Shown here piece by piece: positions 8,302 through 17,727 of a stretch of DNA of 64,000 nt. Position 1 is the stretch's first letter; every line of letters starts with the position of its first letter. The stretch spans positions 2,915 to 66,914 of the forward strand of contig SVJY01000002.1 in the NCBI GenBank assembly GCA_015068765.1, read 5' to 3'. The stretch comes from Oscillospiraceae bacterium (lineage in GTDB: Bacteria; Bacillota; Clostridia; UMGS1883; UMGS1540). The notes under the pieces were generated by a model. It made no database searches and was not told where the DNA came from. It was given only the letters and a program-made list of their open reading frames with translations. A program made the translations under genes and the position numbers.

Positions 8302-9171
8302 ATGCAATATGTAATACTGGTAATATCAGCAGTACTTTTAGCAGTGGATTTTTCATTAAATAAAATATATCAAAGATTAAAAGGGACATCACCGGCAGCC
8401 GGATTTGGATTTAATTCACTTTTGGGATTATTTACAGCGATTATGTTTTTTGGTGTAAATGGCTTTAAAACAGACTTTTCCATTTATTCTTTTATAATGG
8501 CAGCATTGGTGAATCTTTTTATGCTGTGCTATAATATTATAGGCTTTAAACTTTTAAAATCGGGAACTATGGCGATGTATACTTTGTTTCTGATGAGCGG
8601 CGGGATGACAGTGCCTTATATTTTTGGATTGTTATTTTTGGATGAGCCGTTTTCTCTTTTGAGAACTACGGCACTTGTACTGATTTTGATAAGCATAGTT
8701 TTGTCAAATATCAGAACTGCAAAAGTAAATTCAAAACAAATAACTATGTGTATAGCCGTATTTGTTTTAAATGGATTTGTGAGCGTTTTTTCTAAACTTC
8801 ACCAAATAGAATTGAATTTTGACACGATAAATGTGATAGAATTTGTGTTGGCAGGGGGCATTTTTAAATTTACTTTTGCAGGGATATTATATTTATTCAC
8901 CAGAAAACATACTCAAGAAAAGGCAGATAAAAAATTATCTATTATGTCTTTGGTCATAATTATTACATCAGCTGCGGTAGGGGGATTTTCCTATTTAATG
9001 CAGCTTTGGGGAGCGACGTCTCTCCCCGCAACGGTATTATATCCGTTTGTTACGGGAGGCAGTATCGTTGCAGCATCGATAGCCGGTGTGATTTTCTTTA
9101 AAGAAAGGCTATCAAAAAATTTAATTGTAAGTATAGTTTTGTGTGTTGCAGGCACAATTATGTTTTTATAA
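8302..9171 (+). CDS. DMT-superfamily (EamA / GlcU-RhaT-like) 10-TM transporter
   Basis: ATG 8302 follows AAAAGGAGGTGA. Two homologous five-helix halves each end in an EamA-like segment (FLDEPFSLLRTTALVLILISIVL and FFKERLSKNLIVSIVLCVAGTIMF). Confidence 0.7.
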   Translation: MQYVILVISAVLLAVDFSLNKIYQRLKGTSPAAGFGFNSLLGLFTAIMFFGVNGFKTDFSIYSFIMAALVNLFMLCYNIIGFKLLKSGTMAMYTLFLMSGGMTVPYIFGLLFLDEPFSLLRTTALVLILISIVLSNIRTAKVNSKQITMCIAVFVLNGFVSVFSKLHQIELNFDTINVIEFVLAGGIFKFTFAGILYLFTRKHTQEKADKKLSIMSLVIIITSAAVGGFSYLMQLWGATSLPATVLYPFVTGGSIVAASIAGVIFFKERLSKNLIVSIVLCVAGTIMFL

Positions 9172-9185
9172 GGAGAGATATTTCT

Positions 9186-11150
9186 ATGCGCTTTTTAAAA
9201 GAAAATAAAAGATTTTCGTTTAAACTTGGAAATGAAAATGCATGGGATTTGGAATATAAATCCCAGATAGAGGAAACCGAAGATGCACTTACTACTACAT
9301 ATTACTTTAAGGGTGGACTCAAGGTAACCAATATTGCAAAAAAATATGAAAAATTTGATGCTTACGAATGGGTTAACTATATCGAAAACACATCCGATAC
9401 ACCTACCGAAATAATATCCGAGTTATGGGATTGTACTTGCACTCTTCCGTTAGGACACGAAGACCCGCGAAAAAGGGAGGCATATCTCCCTGATAAAAAT
9501 ATTGCCACAAAAATTTATACACCGACAGGCTCTACGTGTACAAAGGATGAATTTTATTCAGATGAGGACGTAGTAAAGAGGAACAGACGGATAAATCACA
9601 TATACGCGGACATGTCAAAATCTTATTCAGCCTCCGGAGGTCTCTCAAGTGAAAACAATGCTCCGTTTTTTAATGTTCATAAAAATGGAAGAGGATATAT
9701 TTTTGCCATAGGTTGGACCGGACAATGGAACTGTGAAATAGAAAGAGCAGAAGAGGATATAACATTCAAATCAAAAATCGAAAATACATATTTCAGGGTG
9801 ATGCCCGGAGAGAAATTTCGCACATCGTCTGTTGTTATAATGCCGTACGAGGGAGATGTGACCGCTTCTTACAACAAGTGGAGACGACTCCTGAAAGAAC
9901 ATTTTTCGCTTATAGGAATGGAGGGGCGCGATGCGTATGGTCCTTTATGCGCCGGTATATGGGGCGGAATGACAACCGCATCTGTGCTTGACAGAATTAA
10001 AAAAATCAAGAACAACAGCTTGCCTTTTGAATATATATGGATGGATGCAGGATGGTATGGAGGCAGCACATTGCCTACTCCCGATGAATTTGGAGGAGAC
10101 TGGCCACAGCATGTCGGTGATTGGAGAGTCAGCCAATTCATTCATCCAAATGGACTTAAAGATGTTTCAAAAGCCGTTCACGATGCAGGAATGAAATTTC
10201 TGTTATGGTTTGAACCGGAAAGAGCTGTTCGCACTACCCCGATAGCTTTGGCGCATCCTGAATATTTTATTTTGGGGGATAAGAACAACGTACGTGATGG
10301 TTTGCTGAATTTAGGAAATGAAAGTGCATGGAAGTACTGTTTTGATACACTTTCAAACTTTATTGATGAATTAAAAATAGATTGCTACAGACAGGATTTT
10401 AATTTTTCGTCAATTGATTTGCTCACGAATGACTGGGGGGACAGAAAGGGCATTTCTGAAATAAAGCATATCAACGGTCTGTATAAATTATGGGATTCTT
10501 TACTTGAAAAATTTCCGAATTTGATAATTGATAACTGTGCCGGCGGAGGAAGACGTATCGACATAGAAACCCTTCGTCGTAGCATGCCACTGTGGAGAAG
10601 TGACTATCAGTGTAAAGCCAATTATGATATTGAAGCATCTCAATGTCATCATATGACTTTCAATACGTGGATGCCGTATTCGGGAACAGGGACAGGAAGA
10701 GGTTATGATGAATATCGAATCAGAAGTGCCTATGATTCATCTATGACGACAAACTATTCTTTTTCCGAAAGAGAAGGTTTCTGTGATACAAAAGATAAAA
10801 TAGATTTTATCAAAAAGTACACTGAAGAATATTTAAAGGTTCGTCCGTATTTTTCAGAGGACTTTTATCCTCTTACTGACTTCTCGGATAAGCTTGATAC
10901 ATGGTGTGCCGTGCAGTTTGACCGCCCGTCGGAAAATGATGGCATTGTTCAGATATTCAGGCGTGAAAATTCGCCATATGAAACAGCAACATTTACGCTG
11001 GGTGGAATAAAGGAAAACTGTAATTATCTGTTTACGGATATAGACGGCGGTGAATTTACCGTCAGCGGAAAAGAACTTATAGAAGAAGGGTTAAAAATAC
11101 TTATTCCTAATAAGCGTACTGCAAAAATTTACTTTTATAAAAGCATTTAA
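9186..11150 (+). CDS. glycoside hydrolase family 36 (alpha-galactosidase-like)
   Basis: ATG 9186 follows AAGGAGAG. GH36-type motifs are present: YIWMDAGWY, KFLLWFEPERA, DCYRQDFN, IDNCAGGGRRIDIE. Confidence 0.8.
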   Translation: MRFLKENKRFSFKLGNENAWDLEYKSQIEETEDALTTTYYFKGGLKVTNIAKKYEKFDAYEWVNYIENTSDTPTEIISELWDCTCTLPLGHEDPRKREAYLPDKNIATKIYTPTGSTCTKDEFYSDEDVVKRNRRINHIYADMSKSYSASGGLSSENNAPFFNVHKNGRGYIFAIGWTGQWNCEIERAEEDITFKSKIENTYFRVMPGEKFRTSSVVIMPYEGDVTASYNKWRRLLKEHFSLIGMEGRDAYGPLCAGIWGGMTTASVLDRIKKIKNNSLPFEYIWMDAGWYGGSTLPTPDEFGGDWPQHVGDWRVSQFIHPNGLKDVSKAVHDAGMKFLLWFEPERAVRTTPIALAHPEYFILGDKNNVRDGLLNLGNESAWKYCFDTLSNFIDELKIDCYRQDFNFSSIDLLTNDWGDRKGISEIKHINGLYKLWDSLLEKFPNLIIDNCAGGGRRIDIETLRRSMPLWRSDYQCKANYDIEASQCHHMTFNTWMPYSGTGTGRGYDEYRIRSAYDSSMTTNYSFSEREGFCDTKDKIDFIKKYTEEYLKVRPYFSEDFYPLTDFSDKLDTWCAVQFDRPSENDGIVQIFRRENSPYETATFTLGGIKENCNYLFTDIDGGEFTVSGKELIEEGLKILIPNKRTAKIYFYKSI

Positions 11151-11247
11151 TTTCAGGCTGATTATGACACTTGTCCGCTACTGTAACGAGCAGGGAAAGC
11201 GTGTACCGTTTTCCGAACACTAGGATATCCTAAAACCTTATTAGAAG

Positions 11248-11285
11248 GGGGTGTAAAATAATTCCCCAAAATTATTTTACACCCC
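11248..11285. repeat. perfect 16-bp inverted repeat with a 6-nt loop
   Basis: GGGGTGTAAAATAATT-CCCCAA-AATTATTTTACACCCC. No T tract follows, so it is not a canonical intrinsic terminator. It lies ~100 nt after the GH36 stop. Confidence 0.7.
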
Positions 11286-11706
11286 TGGGGATAGGAAAAA
11301 ATATTTCAGAACGAGCAAATCGAGCCAAAGCTCGTCACATACTTCGCTTTTTGCTGCATTTTCCTGCTCGGAAAATTTCGCTTTTTCGCTCGTATGCTCC
11401 TCTTCCCCTTAAAACCTTGCGGTTTTCGGGGGCCCCGAAAAATCAAAGATTTTTTGGGGAGAGGAGAAGCCGACCACTGCCGAACGAAGCCAAAAGGGAG
11501 TGCTTCGACGAGGTGAGATTTGTTTGTAGCAAAAGGCATACAAATCAAGAAAAATCGAGTAAAATGAGATTTTTAACAATAATTTCTGATTTTGAAACAA
11601 TATATCATGGTTTACACATTGTATTTTCTTTGCCTTTTGCGGTCTGGACTTTTTTTACATCCCCAAATATTATTGGGATTTAACTGTATTTAGTGATGAA
11701 ATCAGC

Positions 11707-11755
11707 AAAAAGGCGGTGGAAAAAGAGGGAAAAACACTTGACAAACCGAAAAAAA
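11707..11755 (+). repeat. right copy of segment A (cysE 3'-end-like sequence) carrying the live antiporter promoter
   Basis: AAAAAGGCGGTGGAAAAAGAGGGAAAAACACTTGACAAACCGAAAAAAA compared with 6971-7018 inside and just after cysE. Confidence 0.85.
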
Positions 11756-11766
11756 GCAATTATAAT
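11738..11766 (+). promoter_or_regulatory. sigma-A-like promoter (TTGACA-17-TATAAT) for the antiporter gene
   Basis: TTGACA at 11738-11743 and TATAAT at 11761-11766. In the left repeat copy the -35 reads TTAACA and the -10 region is replaced. Confidence 0.6.
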
Positions 11767-11819
11767 AGGAAAGTCGGCTTAAAACCGACACCGTATATTA
11801 TATTAAAGGAAGCGAACGT

Positions 11820-13121
11820 ATGAGTACATTATTATCTGTATCCGTTGCCCTTCTGGCAGGGCTTTTGATGACGCGGGTATTCAAACCGCTGAAGCTACCG
11901 GCAGTAACGGCCTATCTGATTGCCGGTGTTTTGATTGGGCCTTATTGCATCGGTGCATTAGGCATTGATGGCCTTGGCTTTAAAACATCGGAGGCAGTGG
12001 GTGCCTTGTCTTTAATTTCCGAAGTGGCACTGGGCTTTATTGCCTTTTCAATCGGTAACGAGTTTCGCTTGTCGGATTTAAAGAGAACCGGCAAGCAGGC
12101 AACAATCATCGGTATTTTTCAGGCTTTGGTAGCCACCATTTTAGTTGACTTGTCGCTTTTGGTTGTGCATCTCATGATGCCGGATAAGCTGACTGTATCC
12201 CAGCTCCTTACACTGGGTGCAATCGCTACGGCCACTGCGCCGGCGGCAACACTCATGGTTGTCCGGCAGTATAAGGCGAAGGGCCCGCTGACGGATTTGC
12301 TGCTTCCCATCGTTGCACTGGATGACGCCGTTGGACTTATCGTGTTTGCCGTATCCTTCGGCATTGCCCGTTCCCTGATGGAAGGTGCGGTGGATATGAT
12401 TTCCATTATAGTAAATCCTTTGGTGGAAATCGTTTGTTCCTTAGGTCTCGGTGCAATCATGGGCTGGATTTTGACCCAGCTTGAAAAGATGTTCAATTCC
12501 AATACAAACCGACTGAATATGTCTACCGCCTTTGTATTTCTCACGGTTGCCCTTTCTATGATCGATTTCCATATAGGGGCTATACATATCAGCTTTTCGC
12601 CCCTTCTTGTGTGCATGATGCTGGGAACAATCTTCTGCAATATCTGTCCCCTTTCCGAAGACCTTATGGGTGCGACGGATAAATGGACCTCGCCGCTTTT
12701 TGCTCTGTTTTTCGTTATCAGCGGTGCCGAACTGGAGCTGGGTGTTTTCGCAGAGCTCTCGATTGTCATTATCGGTCTTGTGTACATTGTTTTCCGTTCG
12801 CTGGGCAAATATTTCGGTACATTTGTAAGTGCTAAGCTATCGAAATGTTCACCGGCTATTTCAAAATATTTGGGTATCACACTTCTGCCACAGGCGGGGG
12901 TTGCACTCGGGATGTGTACCATTGCGGCGGAACAGCTTCCCCAGCAGGGAAGCCTGATTCGGAATATTACACTGTTTGCGGTGCTGATTTATGAACTCTT
13001 CGGCCCTATATTCACACGCTGGGCACTAACGAAGGCCGGCGATATCAAGCCGATGAGCGAAGATGTAAAAATGCGCCGTCAGACGAAGCTTGCGGCTTCT
13101 CGGTCTGCGTCCGAAAAATAA
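11820..13121 (+). CDS. cation:proton antiporter (Na+/H+ exchanger family, CPA-type)
   Basis: 433 aa and polytopic. The N-terminus LLAGLLMTRVFKPLKLPAVTAYLIAGVLIGPY is typical of the family. RBS AAGGAAG. Confidence 0.85.
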   Translation: MSTLLSVSVALLAGLLMTRVFKPLKLPAVTAYLIAGVLIGPYCIGALGIDGLGFKTSEAVGALSLISEVALGFIAFSIGNEFRLSDLKRTGKQATIIGIFQALVATILVDLSLLVVHLMMPDKLTVSQLLTLGAIATATAPAATLMVVRQYKAKGPLTDLLLPIVALDDAVGLIVFAVSFGIARSLMEGAVDMISIIVNPLVEIVCSLGLGAIMGWILTQLEKMFNSNTNRLNMSTAFVFLTVALSMIDFHIGAIHISFSPLLVCMMLGTIFCNICPLSEDLMGATDKWTSPLFALFFVISGAELELGVFAELSIVIIGLVYIVFRSLGKYFGTFVSAKLSKCSPAISKYLGITLLPQAGVALGMCTIAAEQLPQQGSLIRNITLFAVLIYELFGPIFTRWALTKAGDIKPMSEDVKMRRQTKLAASRSASEK

Positions 13122-13132
13122 TTACCAAAAAA

Positions 13133-13161
13133 ATCCGAATGCCTCAGGCGTTCGGATTTTT
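13133..13161 (+). terminator. intrinsic terminator
   Basis: 11-bp stem ATCCGAATGCC / GGCGTTCGGAT (one G-U pair), loop TCA, then TTTTT. Confidence 0.8.
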
Positions 13162-13176
13162 GTGAAAGGATAAAAT

Positions 13177-14451
13177 ATGAAAAAAATCAAAGAAACTGTC
13201 CGGGAGTTACCTGCGTATTTACACTCCTTTATTAAATGGCTGTTTTTTGCCGCTTTGGTGGGAACGCTTGGAGGCGTAGTGGGCAGTGTATTCCATATCT
13301 GCATTGATTACGTCACGGAGCTCCGGACGGAAATAACATGGATTTTGTATCTTCTGCCTGTGGGCGGTCTTGCCATTGCAGGGTTATATGCCCTTTGCCG
13401 TGCCTTCGGACCAATCGATACAAATCGGGTACTCGAAGCGGTACAAAGCGAGGAAAAAGTACCGTTTTTAATGGCACCGCTGATTTTTATCAGCACAGTG
13501 ATCACCCATCTGGTGGGTGGCTCGGCCGGACGGGAGGGTGCGGCACTGCAGCTTGGTGGCAGTATCGGTTACCGTGTGGGGAAAGTCGCCCGCCTCAATG
13601 CCGGGGATATGCATCTGATTGTCATGGCAGGCATGAGTGCGGTTTTCGCTGCCTTATTCGGAACGCCGCTGACGGCGGCAGTCTTCGCCATTGAGGTGGT
13701 TTTGGTTGGGATATGGCACTATGCGGCACTTGTCCCCTGCATAGCGGCCGCTTTGGTGGGTTACGGTATTGCACAGTGGTTTGGGCTTTCGCCCGTGCAT
13801 TTCGATTCGGTGGTATTTCCGGCCCTTTCCGTGGGCATAGCCCTTAAGACGACAGCTCTGGCACTTTTATGTGCACTGGTGGGAATGCTGTTTTGTGCAT
13901 CCATTCACACGGCAGAGCATCTCGGCGAAAAATATCTGCCGAACAAATGGATCCGGGTACTTGTAGGGGCACTGCTTGTTTTGGCGCTGACGCTACTGGT
14001 CAATGTACGGGATTATAACGGGGCCGGCATGGATATCATCACCCGTGCCATCGGCGGCGAGGCCGTGCCCGTTGCCTTCCTTCTGAAAATTCTGTTTACA
14101 GCAATTACCATCGCGGCCGGCTTTAAGGGCGGCGAGATTGTGCCGGCGTTTTTTATCGGTTCTACGTTTGGTTGTGCGGTAGCACCGCTTCTGGGACTTG
14201 ATCCCGGCTTTGCGGCGGCAGTTGGGTTTGTGGCACTGTTTTGCAGTGTTGTGAACTGCCCCGTAGCATCCCTGTTCCTTTCCCTTGAGGTCTTTGGAGC
14301 GGAGGGGGTTCTGCTGTTTGCCATCGCCTGTGCCGTAAGCTATATGATGTCCGGGCGGTCCGGTCTTTATAAGAGCCAACGAATTATCTACTCGAAGACC
14401 GAGGAAACACGTCTGGATATGGGATCGGAAGCGACAGATTTTACGAAATAG
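13177..14451 (+). CDS. ClC-family voltage-gated chloride channel / anion:proton antiporter
   Basis: 424 aa and polytopic, with GGSAGREGAALQLGG and GGEIVPAFFIG motifs. Confidence 0.85.
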   Translation: MKKIKETVRELPAYLHSFIKWLFFAALVGTLGGVVGSVFHICIDYVTELRTEITWILYLLPVGGLAIAGLYALCRAFGPIDTNRVLEAVQSEEKVPFLMAPLIFISTVITHLVGGSAGREGAALQLGGSIGYRVGKVARLNAGDMHLIVMAGMSAVFAALFGTPLTAAVFAIEVVLVGIWHYAALVPCIAAALVGYGIAQWFGLSPVHFDSVVFPALSVGIALKTTALALLCALVGMLFCASIHTAEHLGEKYLPNKWIRVLVGALLVLALTLLVNVRDYNGAGMDIITRAIGGEAVPVAFLLKILFTAITIAAGFKGGEIVPAFFIGSTFGCAVAPLLGLDPGFAAAVGFVALFCSVVNCPVASLFLSLEVFGAEGVLLFAIACAVSYMMSGRSGLYKSQRIIYSKTEETRLDMGSEATDFTK

Positions 14452-14580
14452 GGGACAGGGTTTGGCAAAATGTGCGGGTTTTACTTTTTTTGTTGATTTT
14501 TGCAGAGAAATATGGTATAATATTTACGGATTATTCTTTTAATCTATAGAAACATTACAGAAGAAGGACAGGGAGAAAAA

Positions 14581-16341
14581 ATGGATATTTTTGTATTCTT
14601 AAGTCTAATTGGCGGTCTGGCATTGTTCCTGTATGGTATGGACCTTATGGGAGACAGTCTCAAAAGGCTGGCAGGCGGTAAGCTGGAGTCGATTCTTGCA
14701 CAGCTGACTGCGGCACGGTGGAAGGGCTTTTTGCTGGGCTTTGTGGTGACGGCGGTGATTCAGTCATCTTCCGCTACAACCGTTATGCTGGTCGGTTTTG
14801 TAAACTCCGGCATTATGAAGCTGGGACAGACGATCAGTATTATTATGGGTGCCAATATCGGTACTACCGCAACCTCCTGGCTCCTCAGTACCGCCGATAT
14901 TCAAGGGACAGCCACGCTGATGAAGTTACTTAAGCCGGAATCGTTTACGCCCATTCTGGCCATGATTGGTCTGATTATTACGATGACGGCAAAGAACAGT
15001 TTTCGGAAAAATACGGGCACTATCCTCATCGGCTTTGCTGTTTTGATGTTCGGCATGCAGACGATGAGCTCTGCCGTGTCCGGACTTCGGGATAATCCTG
15101 CCTTTGTCAACATTCTGACCATGTTTTCCAATAATCCTCTGATGGGTATCCTGGTCGGTACGGTCTTTACGGCAATTATTCAATCCTCCTCTGCCTCTGT
15201 CGGTGTTCTGCAGGCGTTGGCACTATCCTGTGCAATTCCGTATTCCACGGCAATTCCGGTTATCCTCGGTCAGAATATCGGGACAACCATTACGCCCATT
15301 ATTTCCTCTATCACGGGGAACACGGAATCTCGCCGTGTGGCAATGGCGTGTCTTTGGATTAAAATGATAGGTGTTATCATCGTTGCCGCTATTTTCTATC
15401 TGTTACATTCATTTATTGGCTTTGCGTTTATGGGGGCAAATGTTTCTGCCTTTGACATCGCCATTATCCATACCCTTTTCAACATCATATCCACCGTCAT
15501 CCTGATGCCCTTCTGCAAACAGCTGGAGAAGCTGGCTGTAAAGCTGGTGCCGGAACGGAAGGCAGAAAAGGAAAAGGATGTTTTCGATACGCTGGACGAA
15601 CGGTTCCTGACCATTCCTGCCTTCGCGGTGGAAAAGTGCCGGGATCTGGTGTGCGACATGGCGAGAATCTCCGCAGAAACCTTCACCAAAGCCGCCAGAC
15701 TGCTGGATGCATATGATGCTGACGGGTTTGAAGAGGTACAGCGTCTGGAAGAAAGCATTGATAAGTATGAGGACAAGACCAGTACATATTTGGTAAAAAT
15801 TGCAGGCAAGCAGCTGGCACCGAAGGACAGCCGTGCTGTAACGGAGCTTCTGCACTGTATCGGGGATATTGAAAGAATTTCCGACCATGCCTTAAATGTT
15901 GCGGAGGCGGCAAAGGAAATTCACGATAAGAGCATTTCTTTTTCCCAGAAGGCAAAAGAGGATCTGGCGGTTATTACCGCTTCTGTAGCAGAAATCCTGG
16001 AGATTACCGTGCAGGCTTTGACGACAGAGGACTTGGATGCCGCCAAACGGGTTGAACCGCTGGAGCAGGTTATTGATAATCTGAAGCGGCAAATTAAAAA
16101 CGGGCATATTTCTCGGCTTCGTCAAGGCGACTGCACGATGGAGCTTGGCTTTATTTTGTCCGATCTACTCACAAACTGCGAAAGAGTATCGGACCACTGC
16201 TCCAATATTGCCGTTTGTGTTATTGAAATTGCAAACAATTCCTTTGAAAGCCACGAGTATCTCCAGCAGCTGAAATCGGGCGGAAGCCAGGAATACAGCC
16301 GGCTTTATGCGGCATACAGCGAAAAGTATTTCATCCGGTAG
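14581..16341 (+). CDS. Na/Pi cotransporter family protein with a C-terminal PhoU-like domain
   Basis: 586 aa. Repeated QSSSATT / QSSSASV motifs lie in the membrane part. The C-terminal part is helical and PhoU-like (DHALNVAE..., ERVSDHCSNIA). Confidence 0.85.
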   Translation: MDIFVFLSLIGGLALFLYGMDLMGDSLKRLAGGKLESILAQLTAARWKGFLLGFVVTAVIQSSSATTVMLVGFVNSGIMKLGQTISIIMGANIGTTATSWLLSTADIQGTATLMKLLKPESFTPILAMIGLIITMTAKNSFRKNTGTILIGFAVLMFGMQTMSSAVSGLRDNPAFVNILTMFSNNPLMGILVGTVFTAIIQSSSASVGVLQALALSCAIPYSTAIPVILGQNIGTTITPIISSITGNTESRRVAMACLWIKMIGVIIVAAIFYLLHSFIGFAFMGANVSAFDIAIIHTLFNIISTVILMPFCKQLEKLAVKLVPERKAEKEKDVFDTLDERFLTIPAFAVEKCRDLVCDMARISAETFTKAARLLDAYDADGFEEVQRLEESIDKYEDKTSTYLVKIAGKQLAPKDSRAVTELLHCIGDIERISDHALNVAEAAKEIHDKSISFSQKAKEDLAVITASVAEILEITVQALTTEDLDAAKRVEPLEQVIDNLKRQIKNGHISRLRQGDCTMELGFILSDLLTNCERVSDHCSNIAVCVIEIANNSFESHEYLQQLKSGGSQEYSRLYAAYSEKYFIR

Positions 16342-16353
16342 GAAAGGTTTTAT

Positions 16354-17727
16354 ATGGGTATATTTGAAAAAGATTTATCAAAAGGAAACGTGGGAAAACA
16401 GCTGTGGATGTTCGCACTCCCGTTTATTCTTTCTAATTTAATTCAGTCCCTCTACAGCGTGGTGGACATGATTATTGTGGGACGGTTCAGCGGGTCTGCC
16501 AGTATGTCCGGTGTCAACATCGGCGGACAGATTACACTGCTGATTACCAATCTGGTTATCGGACTTTGTGCCGGGGGCACAACACTGATTGCCCAGTACA
16601 TGGGAGGCGGGGCCAGAAAGGCACTAAAGGAGACAATCGGAACACTTCTGACCACACTGGTGCTTTTAGGCATCGTGCTGACGGTGGGCATGGCACTGGC
16701 AAAGGAACCGCTCCTTCGTATGGTGCAGACGCCACAAGACGCATTTTCCGAAGCGAACAACTATCTATTCATTACCGCCCTTGGCACCTTGTTTATTTTC
16801 GGATATAACGCACTGAGTGCCATTATGCGTGGTATGGGTGACAGCCGAAACCCTCTTCTGTTTGTGGGGATTGCCTGCGTCATCAATGTTTTTCTGGATT
16901 TACTGTTGGTGGCACATTTTGATATGAAGGCCACCGGAGCGGCTGTTGCCACCGTGGTTTCGCAGGCCGTGAGTATGGTGCTTTGCATTTTCTATTTGAA
17001 ACGGAATAACTTTATATTTGATTTTAATTTCAGCTCCTTCCGTTTTCATAAAGAACGGCTGAAAATGCTGATGAAGGTCGGTATTCCCACATCGGTGCAG
17101 AATGTGATTGTGAGTATATCCTTCCTGTTTCTGACGAGCCTTGTCAATACGATGGGCGTGACGGAATCGGCGGCACTGGGGGCAGTGGCAAAGTTTAACG
17201 GCTTTGCGATTTTGCCGGCACTTGCCATGAGTGCATCTATCGCCGCCATGAGCGGACAGAATCTGGGTGCCGGTGAGACGGAGCGTGCCGTAAAAACCAT
17301 GAAGCTGGGGACAACCATTGGCTTTTTAATGAGCCTCGCGATTTTTCTGGTGGCACAGCTTATACCGGAAAAGGTGCTGGGGATTTTTGCAGAGGATGCG
17401 GCGATGATTGCCGCCGGAAAAGAATATATGCGTTCCTTTAGCTTTGACTATTTGCTGGCATCCCTTTTGTTTGGCCTAAACGGTCTCTTTATCGGTAGCG
17501 GTCATACCACCTTCACGCTGTTTAACAGCGTACTTTCCTCGATTTTATTCCGTGTTCCCATGGCGTACATTGGTGGCATTGTGCTACCTTGGGGAATGTT
17601 CGGATTCGGACTTGCAGGGCCGGTCTCTTCTTTTGTTGCCTTATTGTTAGCCGTGGGCTTCTACAAAACGGGAAAATGGAAAAAAACAGTCGTTTTTAGG
17701 GAGGGGGATTTGCGTGGCGAATCTTAA
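16354..17727 (+). CDS. MATE-family efflux transporter
   Basis: 457 aa and 12 TM. N-terminus KQLWMFALPFILSNLIQSLYSVVDMIIVGRF. Confidence 0.9.
   Translation: MGIFEKDLSKGNVGKQLWMFALPFILSNLIQSLYSVVDMIIVGRFSGSASMSGVNIGGQITLLITNLVIGLCAGGTTLIAQYMGGGARKALKETIGTLLTTLVLLGIVLTVGMALAKEPLLRMVQTPQDAFSEANNYLFITALGTLFIFGYNALSAIMRGMGDSRNPLLFVGIACVINVFLDLLLVAHFDMKATGAAVATVVSQAVSMVLCIFYLKRNNFIFDFNFSSFRFHKERLKMLMKVGIPTSVQNVIVSISFLFLTSLVNTMGVTESAALGAVAKFNGFAILPALAMSASIAAMSGQNLGAGETERAVKTMKLGTTIGFLMSLAIFLVAQLIPEKVLGIFAEDAAMIAAGKEYMRSFSFDYLLASLLFGLNGLFIGSGHTTFTLFNSVLSSILFRVPMAYIGGIVLPWGMFGFGLAGPVSSFVALLLAVGFYKTGKWKKTVVFREGDLRGES

Noticed and set aside
11306-11683. ORFs 11306..11548 (-) and 11351..11683 (+) in the GH36/antiporter spacer.
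   Set aside because: They overlap each other on opposite strands. They have no RBS, are Arg/Lys/Phe/Ser-rich with low complexity, and cover palindromes and direct repeats. I treat the segment as non-coding.
13122-14451. Fluoride-specific CLC-F antiporter with a fluoride riboswitch.
   Set aside because: GGSAGREGA and GGEIVP motifs reminded me of the CLC-F clade. However, the 55-nt upstream region holds only a terminator and an RBS, with no crcB-motif RNA. My recollection of the CLC-F signatures is too imprecise to support the call.
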